From: a virus
Length of the DNA: 64,000 bases
Strand: one strand, 5' to 3'
IMG/VR virus record: IMGVR_UViG_3300000117_000007
The notes under the pieces are model-generated. The model saw only the letters and a list, made by a program, of their open reading frames with translations. It did not search any database and was not told where the DNA came from. A program made the translations under genes and the position numbers. Positions 28,277 through 37,375 of this stretch are shown here, piece by piece (positions within the stretch are counted from its first letter, which is position 1; every line of letters begins with the position of its first letter).

Positions 28277-28720
28277 ATGAAACTAGATGAAATCAAAGTG
28301 ATGTGGTCAAACGACTGTGAGATCGATGATATCGAACTCGACAAGTCATCATTAGAAGTTCCAAAATTACATGCTAAATATTCAGAGTTACTAACTGATA
28401 ATATTTTATTGTTAAGAAGTCAGCAGATGAAATTCAACATGCTTAGAAAAGATAAGTGGATGTGGTTCAACGGCAAACTTGACGATGATAGAATTAGAGA
28501 ACTTGGTTGGGCACCTGATCCATTTGATGGATTAAAAGTAATGAAAAGTGACTTTGGTATATGGTTCGATTCTGATCCAGATCTACAAAGTCTCAAAGCA
28601 AAAATAGATTACTTACAGGAAACAATTGAATTTATTAAGAGATGTATGGATAATATCACTTGGAGACATCAAACAATAAAGAACACTATCGAGTGGCGTA
28701 AATTTATGGCGGGTCAATAA
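28277..28720 (+). CDS. uvsY: recombination mediator UvsY
   Basis: SLEVPKLHAKY and IKNTIEWRKFMAG motifs. Confidence 0.9.
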   Translation: MKLDEIKVMWSNDCEIDDIELDKSSLEVPKLHAKYSELLTDNILLLRSQQMKFNMLRKDKWMWFNGKLDDDRIRELGWAPDPFDGLKVMKSDFGIWFDSDPDLQSLKAKIDYLQETIEFIKRCMDNITWRHQTIKNTIEWRKFMAGQ

Positions 28721-29400
28721 TGCTTTATCACAATAACGTATGGATATATAAAGACTTTTTAACAAATGCAGAATGTGAAGTTGTTCATGCTACTGCTGAG
28801 AAACACGAACTTATGTCAGGTCGTATTGGATATAAGAACAATGACCCTGATGCACCACCTAAAACTGATGGTCAACAGAACAGTGAGATCAGACAATCAG
28901 ACGTTAGATGGATACCCCATAATTCATTCGTAGAAGAGATAAGTCAAAAGATTGAAGACGGCATCAACAGTGCTAATAGAGAAGCAGGTTGGAATTTACA
29001 TTGGGATCAACCAGAGTCTCATCAATATACTATCTATCATCATAGACCAGAAGCAGAAGTAAAGGGAGATCATTACACTTGGCATATTGATTCAAGTCCA
29101 GATTGGCAAGGTCAAGGTGAAAGAATTAGAAAGTTAAGTTCAACACTTCAATTGTCAGATCCAAATGATTATGAGGGTGGACACTTTCAATACATCAATC
29201 CAAATGGTATATTCGATAAGTTAAAAAGAAACGAAGAGTGGGTAGATATGCAACAGCATATTACAACAGTCCCATTCTCTGCCAAATCTAAAGGAACACT
29301 TATAGTTTTTCCTTCTCATACATATCATCAAGTAACACCAGTAACGAGAGGAACAAGAATATCACTAGTCAGTTGGTTTCATGGTCCTAAGCATGTCTAA
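28720..29400 (+). CDS. 2OG-Fe(II) oxygenase (PKHD-like)
   Basis: YTWHID, RKLS..LQLS, YEGG and FPS..YHQVTPVTRGTRISLVSW. Confidence 0.9.
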   Translation: MLYHNNVWIYKDFLTNAECEVVHATAEKHELMSGRIGYKNNDPDAPPKTDGQQNSEIRQSDVRWIPHNSFVEEISQKIEDGINSANREAGWNLHWDQPESHQYTIYHHRPEAEVKGDHYTWHIDSSPDWQGQGERIRKLSSTLQLSDPNDYEGGHFQYINPNGIFDKLKRNEEWVDMQQHITTVPFSAKSKGTLIVFPSHTYHQVTPVTRGTRISLVSWFHGPKHV

Positions 29401-29545
29401 GAAGAAAGCATTAATTAAACTATGTGTCATGACAGATGAAGACATCGGTCCAATGGACATGGACGAACAAATGAAAATCGTAGAGAAAGCAATAGAGGAA
29501 AAAAGATTCTATCTTGAATCTATCAATCCACCCAAAGATGTCTAA
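29393..29545 (+). CDS. small hypothetical protein (50 aa, not in ORF track)
   Basis: MSKKKALIKLC...PPKDV; fills the gap, overlapping both neighbours by 8 nt. Confidence 0.55.
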   Translation: MSKKKALIKLCVMTDEDIGPMDMDEQMKIVEKAIEEKRFYLESINPPKDV

Positions 29546-30974
29546 TTTAGTTACAGTACAGAAGATCGACGAGGTCTTCATGAAAGTTAATTGTGATGAT
29601 GGTCTTGCAAGAGACTTGTACGATTTCTTTTCATATACAGTTCCTAATGCTAAGTTCATGCCCTCATATAAAAATAAATTTTGGGATGGAAAAGTCAGAC
29701 TCTTTTCATTAAAAACAAATAAAATTTATATTGGTCTACTGCCATATGTAGATGAGTTTTGTAGAGAAAGAGGATATGATTTTGATGGTATACAAGATGT
29801 TATAGGCAAGAAAGAACGAGACGAGTCGAATAAGATAGACGACTTTATTGATATGCTTAGTCTACCATTCGCACCAAGAGACTACCAGTTAGAAGCATTT
29901 AAAACAGCAGTGCAGTATGGTCGACAATTGCTTTTGTCTCCTACAGCATCTGGTAAGTCCCTAATCATATATCTACTAGCACGATACTATGCTGGTAAAA
30001 AAATTATTATTGTACCAACAACTTCTTTAGTTGAGCAAATGGCAAAAGACTTTGAAGAGTATGGATATACAGATAGAGTTTGTAAAATTTACAGTGGTCA
30101 AGAAGTATTTGATGCAGACATTACTGTTACTACATGGCAATCATTTGCAAAAGCACCTAAAGATGTAATGCAATCGTTTGATGTAGTTATAGGAGATGAA
30201 GCACATTTATTTAAAGCACAAACTCTCAAAGGCATCCTAGAGAAGATGAAGACTACAGCAGTGAGAATAGGAACTACAGGTACACTTGATGGTTCTGAAG
30301 TACATAGACTACAACTTGAAGGTTTGTTTGGTCCAGTAAAGAAAGTCATAACGTCATACGAGTTGATGGAAGAAGGTACGATAGCAAATTTAACTATTGA
30401 TTGTGTCATACTTCGTCATACTAAACAAAAGAAAATGACTTATCAAGAAGAGATGGATTATCTTGTAAGCAATGAACAGAGAAATAAATTTATCACTAAT
30501 CTAGTTAGTTCATTGAAAGGTAATACACTTGTACTCTTTCAGTACGTAGAAAAACATGGTGAAGTACTGTGGGAAATGTTTAACCCAATGGTCAGTAGAA
30601 TGAACGGGACATTGCATTATGTTTATGGTGGTACAGATACAGAAGATAGAGAGTCAGTCAGAACTATCGTTGATTCTCCGAAGAAGAAAAATAATGTCAT
30701 ACTAGCATCATACGGAACATTCTCAACTGGAGTAAATATCAAGAAGATCGACAATGTTGTATTCGCATCTCCTTCAAAGTCACGTATACGTAATCTACAG
30801 TCTATTGGTAGAGGGTTACGTAAGACAGATGGTAAGACATCGATGAGACTCTTTGATATCTCAGACAATTTACAAAACAATAATTATACACTCGAACACT
30901 TGAAAGAACGCATAAATATTTACAATGAAGAGCAATTCTCATATGAAATTAAGGAGTTCGATCTAGATGGTTAA
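29538..30974 (+). CDS. uvsW: DNA helicase UvsW
   Basis: WDGKVRLF, PRDYQ, SPTASGKS, DEAH and LQSIGRGLR. Confidence 0.96.
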   Translation: MSNLVTVQKIDEVFMKVNCDDGLARDLYDFFSYTVPNAKFMPSYKNKFWDGKVRLFSLKTNKIYIGLLPYVDEFCRERGYDFDGIQDVIGKKERDESNKIDDFIDMLSLPFAPRDYQLEAFKTAVQYGRQLLLSPTASGKSLIIYLLARYYAGKKIIIVPTTSLVEQMAKDFEEYGYTDRVCKIYSGQEVFDADITVTTWQSFAKAPKDVMQSFDVVIGDEAHLFKAQTLKGILEKMKTTAVRIGTTGTLDGSEVHRLQLEGLFGPVKKVITSYELMEEGTIANLTIDCVILRHTKQKKMTYQEEMDYLVSNEQRNKFITNLVSSLKGNTLVLFQYVEKHGEVLWEMFNPMVSRMNGTLHYVYGGTDTEDRESVRTIVDSPKKKNNVILASYGTFSTGVNIKKIDNVVFASPSKSRIRNLQSIGRGLRKTDGKTSMRLFDISDNLQNNNYTLEHLKERINIYNEEQFSYEIKEFDLDG

Positions 30975-31467
30975 ACCAGCAAACTTAGTTCCACAAAAGT
31001 ACGAAGTACTTAAGACAAGAACAGGTGCAGAGATAGTTGGCATGACTAGAGAAACTCCAACAGGCGTTGAAATTACTTTGCCAATGATTTGTCATTTGCA
31101 AGTTGTACCAGGAACAAACAGAACTCAATGCTTATTTTATCCTTACTCGCCACTCTCAGAAGAAGAAAAGATTATAATACCAAACGAACACATTGCACAC
31201 AAGTCTAAAATGAATGAGCAATTCATTCCGTTCTATGATAATGCAAGTTCGACTTGGATGAAAATGATAGAGAACAAAACTATACCTCTTACAGAGTTTA
31301 AGAATAGATATAGTGACAATGATCTAAAAAAGTTAGTAGAAGAGTTGGCAGAAAAATATGGACTCGAAGATACTTACATTGACGGCGATGAGTATAATCA
31401 GTTAGTCGAAGAGTGGGAAGAATTCGAGTTTGCTGAAGTTCCTAAAGACCCTAAAAAAATTCACTAA
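30967..31467 (+). CDS. conserved T4-like hypothetical protein downstream of uvsW
   Basis: LKTRTGAEIVG Sm-like N-terminus; overlaps the uvsW stop. Confidence 0.6.
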   Translation: MVKPANLVPQKYEVLKTRTGAEIVGMTRETPTGVEITLPMICHLQVVPGTNRTQCLFYPYSPLSEEEKIIIPNEHIAHKSKMNEQFIPFYDNASSTWMKMIENKTIPLTEFKNRYSDNDLKKLVEELAEKYGLEDTYIDGDEYNQLVEEWEEFEFAEVPKDPKKIH

Positions 31468-31555
31468 CCTTACCTCTAGAACTTTAGAGAATACTAAATA
31501 AACCGTGTATAACGCGGTGTTATATGATATTATCAATGGAGATTATAATTTAATC

Positions 31556-31699
31556 ATGACTGAACTAGTCAATAAACTTAACGAAACTGTAGAAACCTTA
31601 AAACATATTACAACAGATGACATTACCCAATTCTTAGAAATAGCAGTTCTAATTGGTACGTTTGTCTTTTGTGTATATGCAGTGTCACCAATTATATGA
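31556..31699 (+). CDS. small membrane protein
   Basis: C-terminal hydrophobic helix. Confidence 0.45.
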   Translation: MTELVNKLNETVETLKHITTDDITQFLEIAVLIGTFVFCVYAVSPII

Positions 31700-31745
31700 T
31701 GCTAAGAAAAGTAATTCAAATTTTCTTTAAATACTGGATCCAACC

Positions 31746-31940
31746 ATGGCATCCGAGAAGTTAACACAAAAGGCCCTACAGGTGGCCAATCTATCCCCTC
31801 CTGTTGAGCATTCTTTTATAAACAATTTAGAGAACGTACACCCAATGAGGCAAGTGGCGATCATGTCGGTTGTCCAAGTTGCGGTCTTTGGATTTATGTT
31901 GTTAGCATTTTGGATCATCAATCTTTTTGTTGGTCATTAG
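31746..31940 (+). CDS. small membrane protein
   Basis: C-terminal transmembrane segment. Confidence 0.5.
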   Translation: MASEKLTQKALQVANLSPPVEHSFINNLENVHPMRQVAIMSVVQVAVFGFMLLAFWIINLFVGH

Positions 31941-32057
31941 ATGCGATATATACTATACACTACATTAATTGTTACATTCTTTTACGTTACAACGGGTGAC
32001 CAAGAAAGAATGGGAAGAGCAATACTAAGAGATAATGTAGTGATGTCGAGAGCATAA
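31941..32057 (+). CDS. small membrane peptide (38 aa, not in ORF track)
   Basis: MRYILYTTLIVTFFYVTTG...; ATG directly follows the previous stop. Confidence 0.4.
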   Translation: MRYILYTTLIVTFFYVTTGDQERMGRAILRDNVVMSRA

Positions 32058-32217
32058 TATATCCCTTATTAGATATATCTGCCCCCGGCGACATATTAAT
32101 CATAACATGTGAATTTTATCCTCACAAGAGGGTTTTCAAAAAAACTTTAAAAAACTTTCTAAAATAAATACTTAAAACCCACTAGCAAAAACTACTGTTT
32201 TAGAGTATTATAGATAC

Positions 32218-32772
32218 ATGACTAAAAGAAAAGACCCTAAAAAGGCAGAACACTATGTTAATAACAAAGAGTTCACTCAAGCAGTTGCCGAGTATAACGA
32301 AGCAGTAAAACTCGCCAAGGAGAAGGATAAAACACCTCCTCAAATGTCAAACTACATAGGGGAGTGTATCTATAAGATTGCAACTCGTCTATCTACTAGA
32401 CCAAACTTTATTAATTATACTTACAGAGACGAAATGATCTGTGATGCAATTGAAAATTGTATACAGTATATTAATAACTTCAACAGAGAAAAGTCCAACA
32501 ACGCATTCGCATATGTAACACAGATTTGTTATTATGCATTTCTTAGAAGAATCCAAAAGGAGAAAAAGCAAGTCTTTATCAAACAACAGATAACAAATGA
32601 GACGGGTATTTCTGAGGCGGCATTTGATACAATTGATGGTGATACGTCTGGACTAATAAACACAAATGTTGAATGGATGCAAGAGAACATGAAAGTTGTC
32701 GAGTATTCACCAAGAAAGTCAAAGAGAGCAAAGAAAACTACAAAGAAAAATTTAGACAACTTTACTGAATGA
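32218..32772 (+). CDS. gp55: late-transcription sigma factor gp55
   Basis: HYVNNKEF, PNFINYTYRDEMICDAIENC and AFAYVTQICYYAFLRRIQKEK. Confidence 0.96.
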   Translation: MTKRKDPKKAEHYVNNKEFTQAVAEYNEAVKLAKEKDKTPPQMSNYIGECIYKIATRLSTRPNFINYTYRDEMICDAIENCIQYINNFNREKSNNAFAYVTQICYYAFLRRIQKEKKQVFIKQQITNETGISEAAFDTIDGDTSGLINTNVEWMQENMKVVEYSPRKSKRAKKTTKKNLDNFTE

Positions 32773-33836
32773 AAATAGCATTATTAAACGATACACATGC
32801 GGGTGTCAGAGGCGACATGATGGCAATGTCCGAATATCAAGGACGTTTCTATACTGAAGTATTCTTCCCGTATCTTGACGAACATGATATCAAACATATC
32901 ATTCATTTAGGAGATTACTTTGATAGACGTAAGTATGTAAACTTTGCTAGTCTACATAATAATCGTAAGCATTTCATTGATCCTATGTTAGAGAGAGGGA
33001 TATCAATGGACCTTATATTGGGTAACCATGATGTCTATTATAAATCTACAAATGATGTAAATGCACCTGAACTATTGCTTTTTGCAGATGATAACATTAA
33101 CGTTATCTCAGACCCCATTGTTAAAGAATACGATGGGTTCAATATAGCATTAGTGCCATGGATTAATAATGAGAACTATGCAGACTCAGTAGACTTTTTG
33201 CTATCAGCAAATGCATCTTGGTGTATGGGTCATTTCGAAATTGAAGGTGCAATCATGCACCCAGGAATGACATGCCCACATGGATTAGATCACACTTACG
33301 TAAAACGTTTTGAAAAAGTACTTAGTGGTCACTTTCATCATAAATCAGAAGTAGGTAATGTTAGATACCTAGGTTCTCAAATGCAATTTACATGGTCAGA
33401 TTATGGTGATCAAAAATACTTCCATGTATTTGATACAGAGGATCAAAGTCTAACGCCTGTTCATAACCCACTTACTATGTTCGAAAAAGTATTCTATGAT
33501 GATACAAAAGAATCATTCGAAACAATTAGTAATAGAGATTACAGTCAATATAATAATAAGTTTGTCAAAGTTGTTGTAGTAAACAAAGACAATCCATATT
33601 GGTTTGATACAATGATTGATAAGTTACATGGTGCAGAACCACTGCACATGACGATTGTTGATGATCACAAACACATGGACTTATTATCAGATGAAGAATT
33701 AGAGGGTGTAGAAGATACACTTACGATTCTACAGAAGTATGTTGACGGTCTAGAAATTCAAGGAGAAAAAAATCACTTAACAGAATTGGTTACTTCATTG
33801 TATAATGAAGCATTAGATGAACACAATTATATATGA
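32769..33836 (+). CDS. gp47: recombination endonuclease subunit gp47 (Mre11/SbcD-like)
   Basis: DTH, HLGDYFDRR, GNHD and SGHFH motifs. Confidence 0.95.
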   Translation: MKIALLNDTHAGVRGDMMAMSEYQGRFYTEVFFPYLDEHDIKHIIHLGDYFDRRKYVNFASLHNNRKHFIDPMLERGISMDLILGNHDVYYKSTNDVNAPELLLFADDNINVISDPIVKEYDGFNIALVPWINNENYADSVDFLLSANASWCMGHFEIEGAIMHPGMTCPHGLDHTYVKRFEKVLSGHFHHKSEVGNVRYLGSQMQFTWSDYGDQKYFHVFDTEDQSLTPVHNPLTMFEKVFYDDTKESFETISNRDYSQYNNKFVKVVVVNKDNPYWFDTMIDKLHGAEPLHMTIVDDHKHMDLLSDEELEGVEDTLTILQKYVDGLEIQGEKNHLTELVTSLYNEALDEHNYI

Positions 33837-35551
33837 TAAAATTTAAACAGGTACGATGGAAGAACTTGCTTTCATCTGGTAATAAATTTACCACAATTGA
33901 ATTAGATAGATCGAGTACAACTCTTATACTTGGTGAAAACGGTGCAGGAAAGTCAACGTTATTAGATGCATTATGTTTTGGACTATATGGTAAGGGGTTT
34001 AGAAATCTAAAAAAAGAACTACTTGTTAACTCAGTCAATGGAAAAGAACTACTTGTAGAAGTCGACTTCGAAGTAGGAAAGAAAAAATATAAAGTCATAA
34101 GGGGTACACGCCCCAATCGTTTCGAATTATATCTCGGAAAAACTATGCTCAATCAAGATGCAAGTGTACGAGATTATCAAGACCACTTAGAAAAGAATAT
34201 ACTCAAAATGAGTCATAGGTCTTTTACTCAAGTGGCAATACTAGGATCAGCAAACTTTACACCGTTCATGCAACTGAAAGCAAAAGATAGGCGTAAACTA
34301 GTTGAAGACCTACTAGATATATCTATATTCTCTACTATGAGAGACATACTTAGAAAGAAAGTACAGTCACATAAAATAGAGATTAAAGATACAGATCATG
34401 AAGTTGAAATTCTTGAAGAAAGAATTAGTGGTCTTACTGAACAGTTGAATGCTCTTCAGAAGAATCGTGATGAACAAATTGGTAAGTATGAATCTACAGT
34501 GAAGGAAACAGAAAACAACATTGCAAACCTCATGGAGAAAGTAGATGAAAAGACGCAAAATGTGGTGGAGAAAGAATCCACTATCACGAATAAAAGTACT
34601 ACAGAAAGTAAACTCAAACAGATTGTTGAATTGGAGAAACAACTCGAAGCAACTCGAAAGAAAGCAAATACAGATATTGAATTCTACGAGAACAACGACA
34701 ACTGCCCCACATGTAAACAGGGTCTAGACCATGAACACAAGAAGAAGCACATTGAGGAGAAGCAGAATAAAATCTCAGAGATCAAGACGGCGATGTCAAC
34801 TCTTGACAAACAAGTCTCAGAACTCAGAGACGAAATCGACAGAATCAATGAAGTCCAGCACCAGATAAATGAAGTACAAAGAGAGATAGGACTTTTACAG
34901 ACTGAAGTTACATCTAATCAAAAGTATATTCATAAACTTAATGGTCAAATAAAAGAGTTAAGTAAGAATATTTCTGGTGATGATAGTGTACAGAATAGAC
35001 TTACATCAAACGAGGACGACTTAGATAAACTACATGCTAAACAGAAGACACTAAAAGAACGAGGTCATTACTTTGAACTTGCTCAGTTACTTCTTAAAGA
35101 TGAGGGCATCAAGTCAAAAATAATTAAACAATATGTACCAGTGATGAACAAGATGATTACAAAGTATCTTGCATCATTAGAATTCTATGTAGGGTTTGAA
35201 CTTGATGAGAACTTTGAAGAGACTATTAAGTCTAGATTCAGAGACGTATTCAAATACGATAACTTCTCTCAAGGTGAGAAGATGAGAATCGATTTAGCAT
35301 TACTCTTTACATGGAGATCAGTTGCAAGAATGAAGAATTCTGTTAACACTAATCTGTTAATACTAGATGAGGTGTTTGACTCTTCACTTGATGCACAGGG
35401 TACAGACGACTTTTTAAGATTGTTAAATACATTATCTGAAAAGACGAATGCATTTATCATATCTCACAAGGGCGATCAACTCTATGATAAGTTTGAAGAG
35501 GTGATTAAATTTGAGAAGTATAAAAACTTCTCTCGAATTTCAGTATCATAA
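33833..35551 (+). CDS. gp46: recombination ATPase subunit gp46 (Rad50/SbcC-like)
   Basis: GENGAGKST, CPTC zinc hook, FSQGEKMRIDLAL and LDEVFD. Confidence 0.96.
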   Translation: MIKFKQVRWKNLLSSGNKFTTIELDRSSTTLILGENGAGKSTLLDALCFGLYGKGFRNLKKELLVNSVNGKELLVEVDFEVGKKKYKVIRGTRPNRFELYLGKTMLNQDASVRDYQDHLEKNILKMSHRSFTQVAILGSANFTPFMQLKAKDRRKLVEDLLDISIFSTMRDILRKKVQSHKIEIKDTDHEVEILEERISGLTEQLNALQKNRDEQIGKYESTVKETENNIANLMEKVDEKTQNVVEKESTITNKSTTESKLKQIVELEKQLEATRKKANTDIEFYENNDNCPTCKQGLDHEHKKKHIEEKQNKISEIKTAMSTLDKQVSELRDEIDRINEVQHQINEVQREIGLLQTEVTSNQKYIHKLNGQIKELSKNISGDDSVQNRLTSNEDDLDKLHAKQKTLKERGHYFELAQLLLKDEGIKSKIIKQYVPVMNKMITKYLASLEFYVGFELDENFEETIKSRFRDVFKYDNFSQGEKMRIDLALLFTWRSVARMKNSVNTNLLILDEVFDSSLDAQGTDDFLRLLNTLSEKTNAFIISHKGDQLYDKFEEVIKFEKYKNFSRISVS

Positions 35552-35561
35552 ATAAAAGCAT

Positions 35562-36194
35562 ATGTACGAATTAATAGAAGAAGCAAGTAAAGTTTTAAGA
35601 ACTCCACCACCCGAGTTTGATTTTGAGAATCCTAAGGAAGATCCTAAGGAAATCGAAAAGAATATGATTGAAGCAATGGACAAGTTTGGTGGTATAGGTC
35701 TATCTGCTAATCAAGTTGGATTACCTTACAAAATGTTTGTAATGAAATCTGCTGATAAGGGTACAGTTGCTTTTTTTAATCCAAAGATAACAAGGTTGTC
35801 ACAAGAAACGGATATGATGAAAGAAGGGTGTTTGTCATTTCCCGACATATACCTAATGATTAAACGGGCAAAAGTGGTAGAACTTGAATACCAAGATGCA
35901 GATGGAGAACAACATACACTTGTATTAGAAGGACTAGCAAGTCGATGTGTACAACATGAAGTCGATCATCTAAATGGTATTGTGTTTCTACAAAGAGCAT
36001 CAAGACTTAAAATTGAACGTGCATTAAAGTCACGAGATAAAGAAAAACGTAAACGGTTAGAATATGAAAGAAGAGTTGCAATCGCAAAATACTTCCAAGA
36101 ACGTGCAGAAGCAGATAAAGATTCCAGCGGATCCAGTGATGATACCGAATCTACTGGAGAAGAATCAAGCACAGGAACTGATCAAGTTTCATAG
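35562..36194 (+). CDS. def: peptide deformylase
   Basis: GIGLSANQVG, EGCLSFP and QHEVDHLNG. Confidence 0.95.
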   Translation: MYELIEEASKVLRTPPPEFDFENPKEDPKEIEKNMIEAMDKFGGIGLSANQVGLPYKMFVMKSADKGTVAFFNPKITRLSQETDMMKEGCLSFPDIYLMIKRAKVVELEYQDADGEQHTLVLEGLASRCVQHEVDHLNGIVFLQRASRLKIERALKSRDKEKRKRLEYERRVAIAKYFQERAEADKDSSGSSDDTESTGEESSTGTDQVS

Positions 36195-36783
36195 AGAACA
36201 CGATCATCTGTACAGAATAGGAAACGAAAGGGAATACTTAGGTATTCGTTTCATGCATATCCATACACAATGGATTCGTGATCTATTGATAAGAATTTCA
36301 TATGATTTGGTTGGCAATATCAGAAAGATATCTAATCAAGTAGTGTGGCCAGAAATGATTGCTTTAAATGAATGGCCAATTGGGGGTGAACAACACCCTC
36401 ATGTCGACACATATTCTAATCAAGAAATGAATCATCAAACAACTATCGATAGACCAGCAAGAGAATGGACATGTATTCTATATCTCAATGATGATTTCAG
36501 AGGTGGTCGAACTTATATACCTGAAGGTCAAGAAATGAACTTTGATGGTGTTGTAAGAGACTATCAATATCAAGTCTTTGAACCAGAAGCATGTGCTGGA
36601 CTTCTCTTTCAAGGAATCTATCTACCCCATGGCGTAGAAAAAATCAGAAGAAATTCACGATACACTGTATCATTTTGGTTCTCATCATCACCAGAAAAGC
36701 AGATGATGATGCAACCTGTCCACGATCTAAATCTAGATGAAGATTCATGGCGACTTGCTATGAAAGAAGACGGCCGAATCTAA
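36064..36783 (+). CDS. 2OG-Fe(II) oxygenase (true start possibly about 36136-36139)
   Basis: PHVD, ILYLNDDFRGG, HGV and RYTVSFW. Confidence 0.85.
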   Translation: MKEELQSQNTSKNVQKQIKIPADPVMIPNLLEKNQAQELIKFHREHDHLYRIGNEREYLGIRFMHIHTQWIRDLLIRISYDLVGNIRKISNQVVWPEMIALNEWPIGGEQHPHVDTYSNQEMNHQTTIDRPAREWTCILYLNDDFRGGRTYIPEGQEMNFDGVVRDYQYQVFEPEACAGLLFQGIYLPHGVEKIRRNSRYTVSFWFSSSPEKQMMMQPVHDLNLDEDSWRLAMKEDGRI

Positions 36784-36801
36784 AAAAACTTTCCTAAGAC
36801 C

Positions 36802-36831
36802 TTGACAATGGGTCTCACTTTTTTATATACT
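36802..36831 (+). promoter_or_regulatory. early sigma70-type promoter
   Basis: TTGACA-N18-TATACT; spacer similar to those at 37340 and 40582. Confidence 0.75.
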
Positions 36832-36860
36832 AGTAGAGTAATAAAGAAAGGAGATACATT

Positions 36861-37064
36861 ATGTCAAACAATACAAATACAATGATACTTGAGAAGATTC
36901 AGGACGATGTTCTTGAACTGTTCGATGGTGATGTCTGGAATGTAATCTGGGCAATAGAGAAAGAGTTCGGAATCGGTGCTTTACCGGGTGAATTCACTAC
37001 AGATGATTGCTTCATCGATTGTCTAATCAATCTTAGATTCGAACAACTAGGAGATATGGCGTGA
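36861..37064 (+). CDS. early hypothetical protein
   Basis: AAGGAG RBS after the early promoter. Confidence 0.65.
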   Translation: MSNNTNTMILEKIQDDVLELFDGDVWNVIWAIEKEFGIGALPGEFTTDDCFIDCLINLRFEQLGDMA

Positions 37065-37336
37065 GTCTGTTATCAATAGTTAACGAGTTCGATCTTTTTA
37101 GATACAAACAAAACGGAAAATCATACGAAGGTTTCGTAAAGAAAGTGGGCAATGATTTCATAGAAGGAAGATTCTTTGAGACAGACCAATACAGTCTGAG
37201 AAAAGGAGACTTCTTTGATACAACAATTCTTCTAGAATCTTTTGAAGGTCTAGAAATGGAATGGTGGTTTGATGGACAAGGTTGCGACAACTCTGCAATT
37301 GGTGTAAGTGGTTGTTGGGAAACTTTTTTAAATTAA
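37061..37336 (+). CDS. early hypothetical protein
   Basis: AGGAG RBS; GTGA overlap with the previous ORF. Confidence 0.6.
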   Translation: MSLLSIVNEFDLFRYKQNGKSYEGFVKKVGNDFIEGRFFETDQYSLRKGDFFDTTILLESFEGLEMEWWFDGQGCDNSAIGVSGCWETFLN

Positions 37337-37339
37337 ACC

Positions 37340-37369
37340 TTGACAGTAACCCCTACTTTTTTATATACT
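37340..37369 (+). promoter_or_regulatory. early sigma70-type promoter
   Basis: TTGACA-N18-TATACT, 6 nt before ATG 37376. Confidence 0.75.
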
Positions 37370-37375
37370 AATCCT

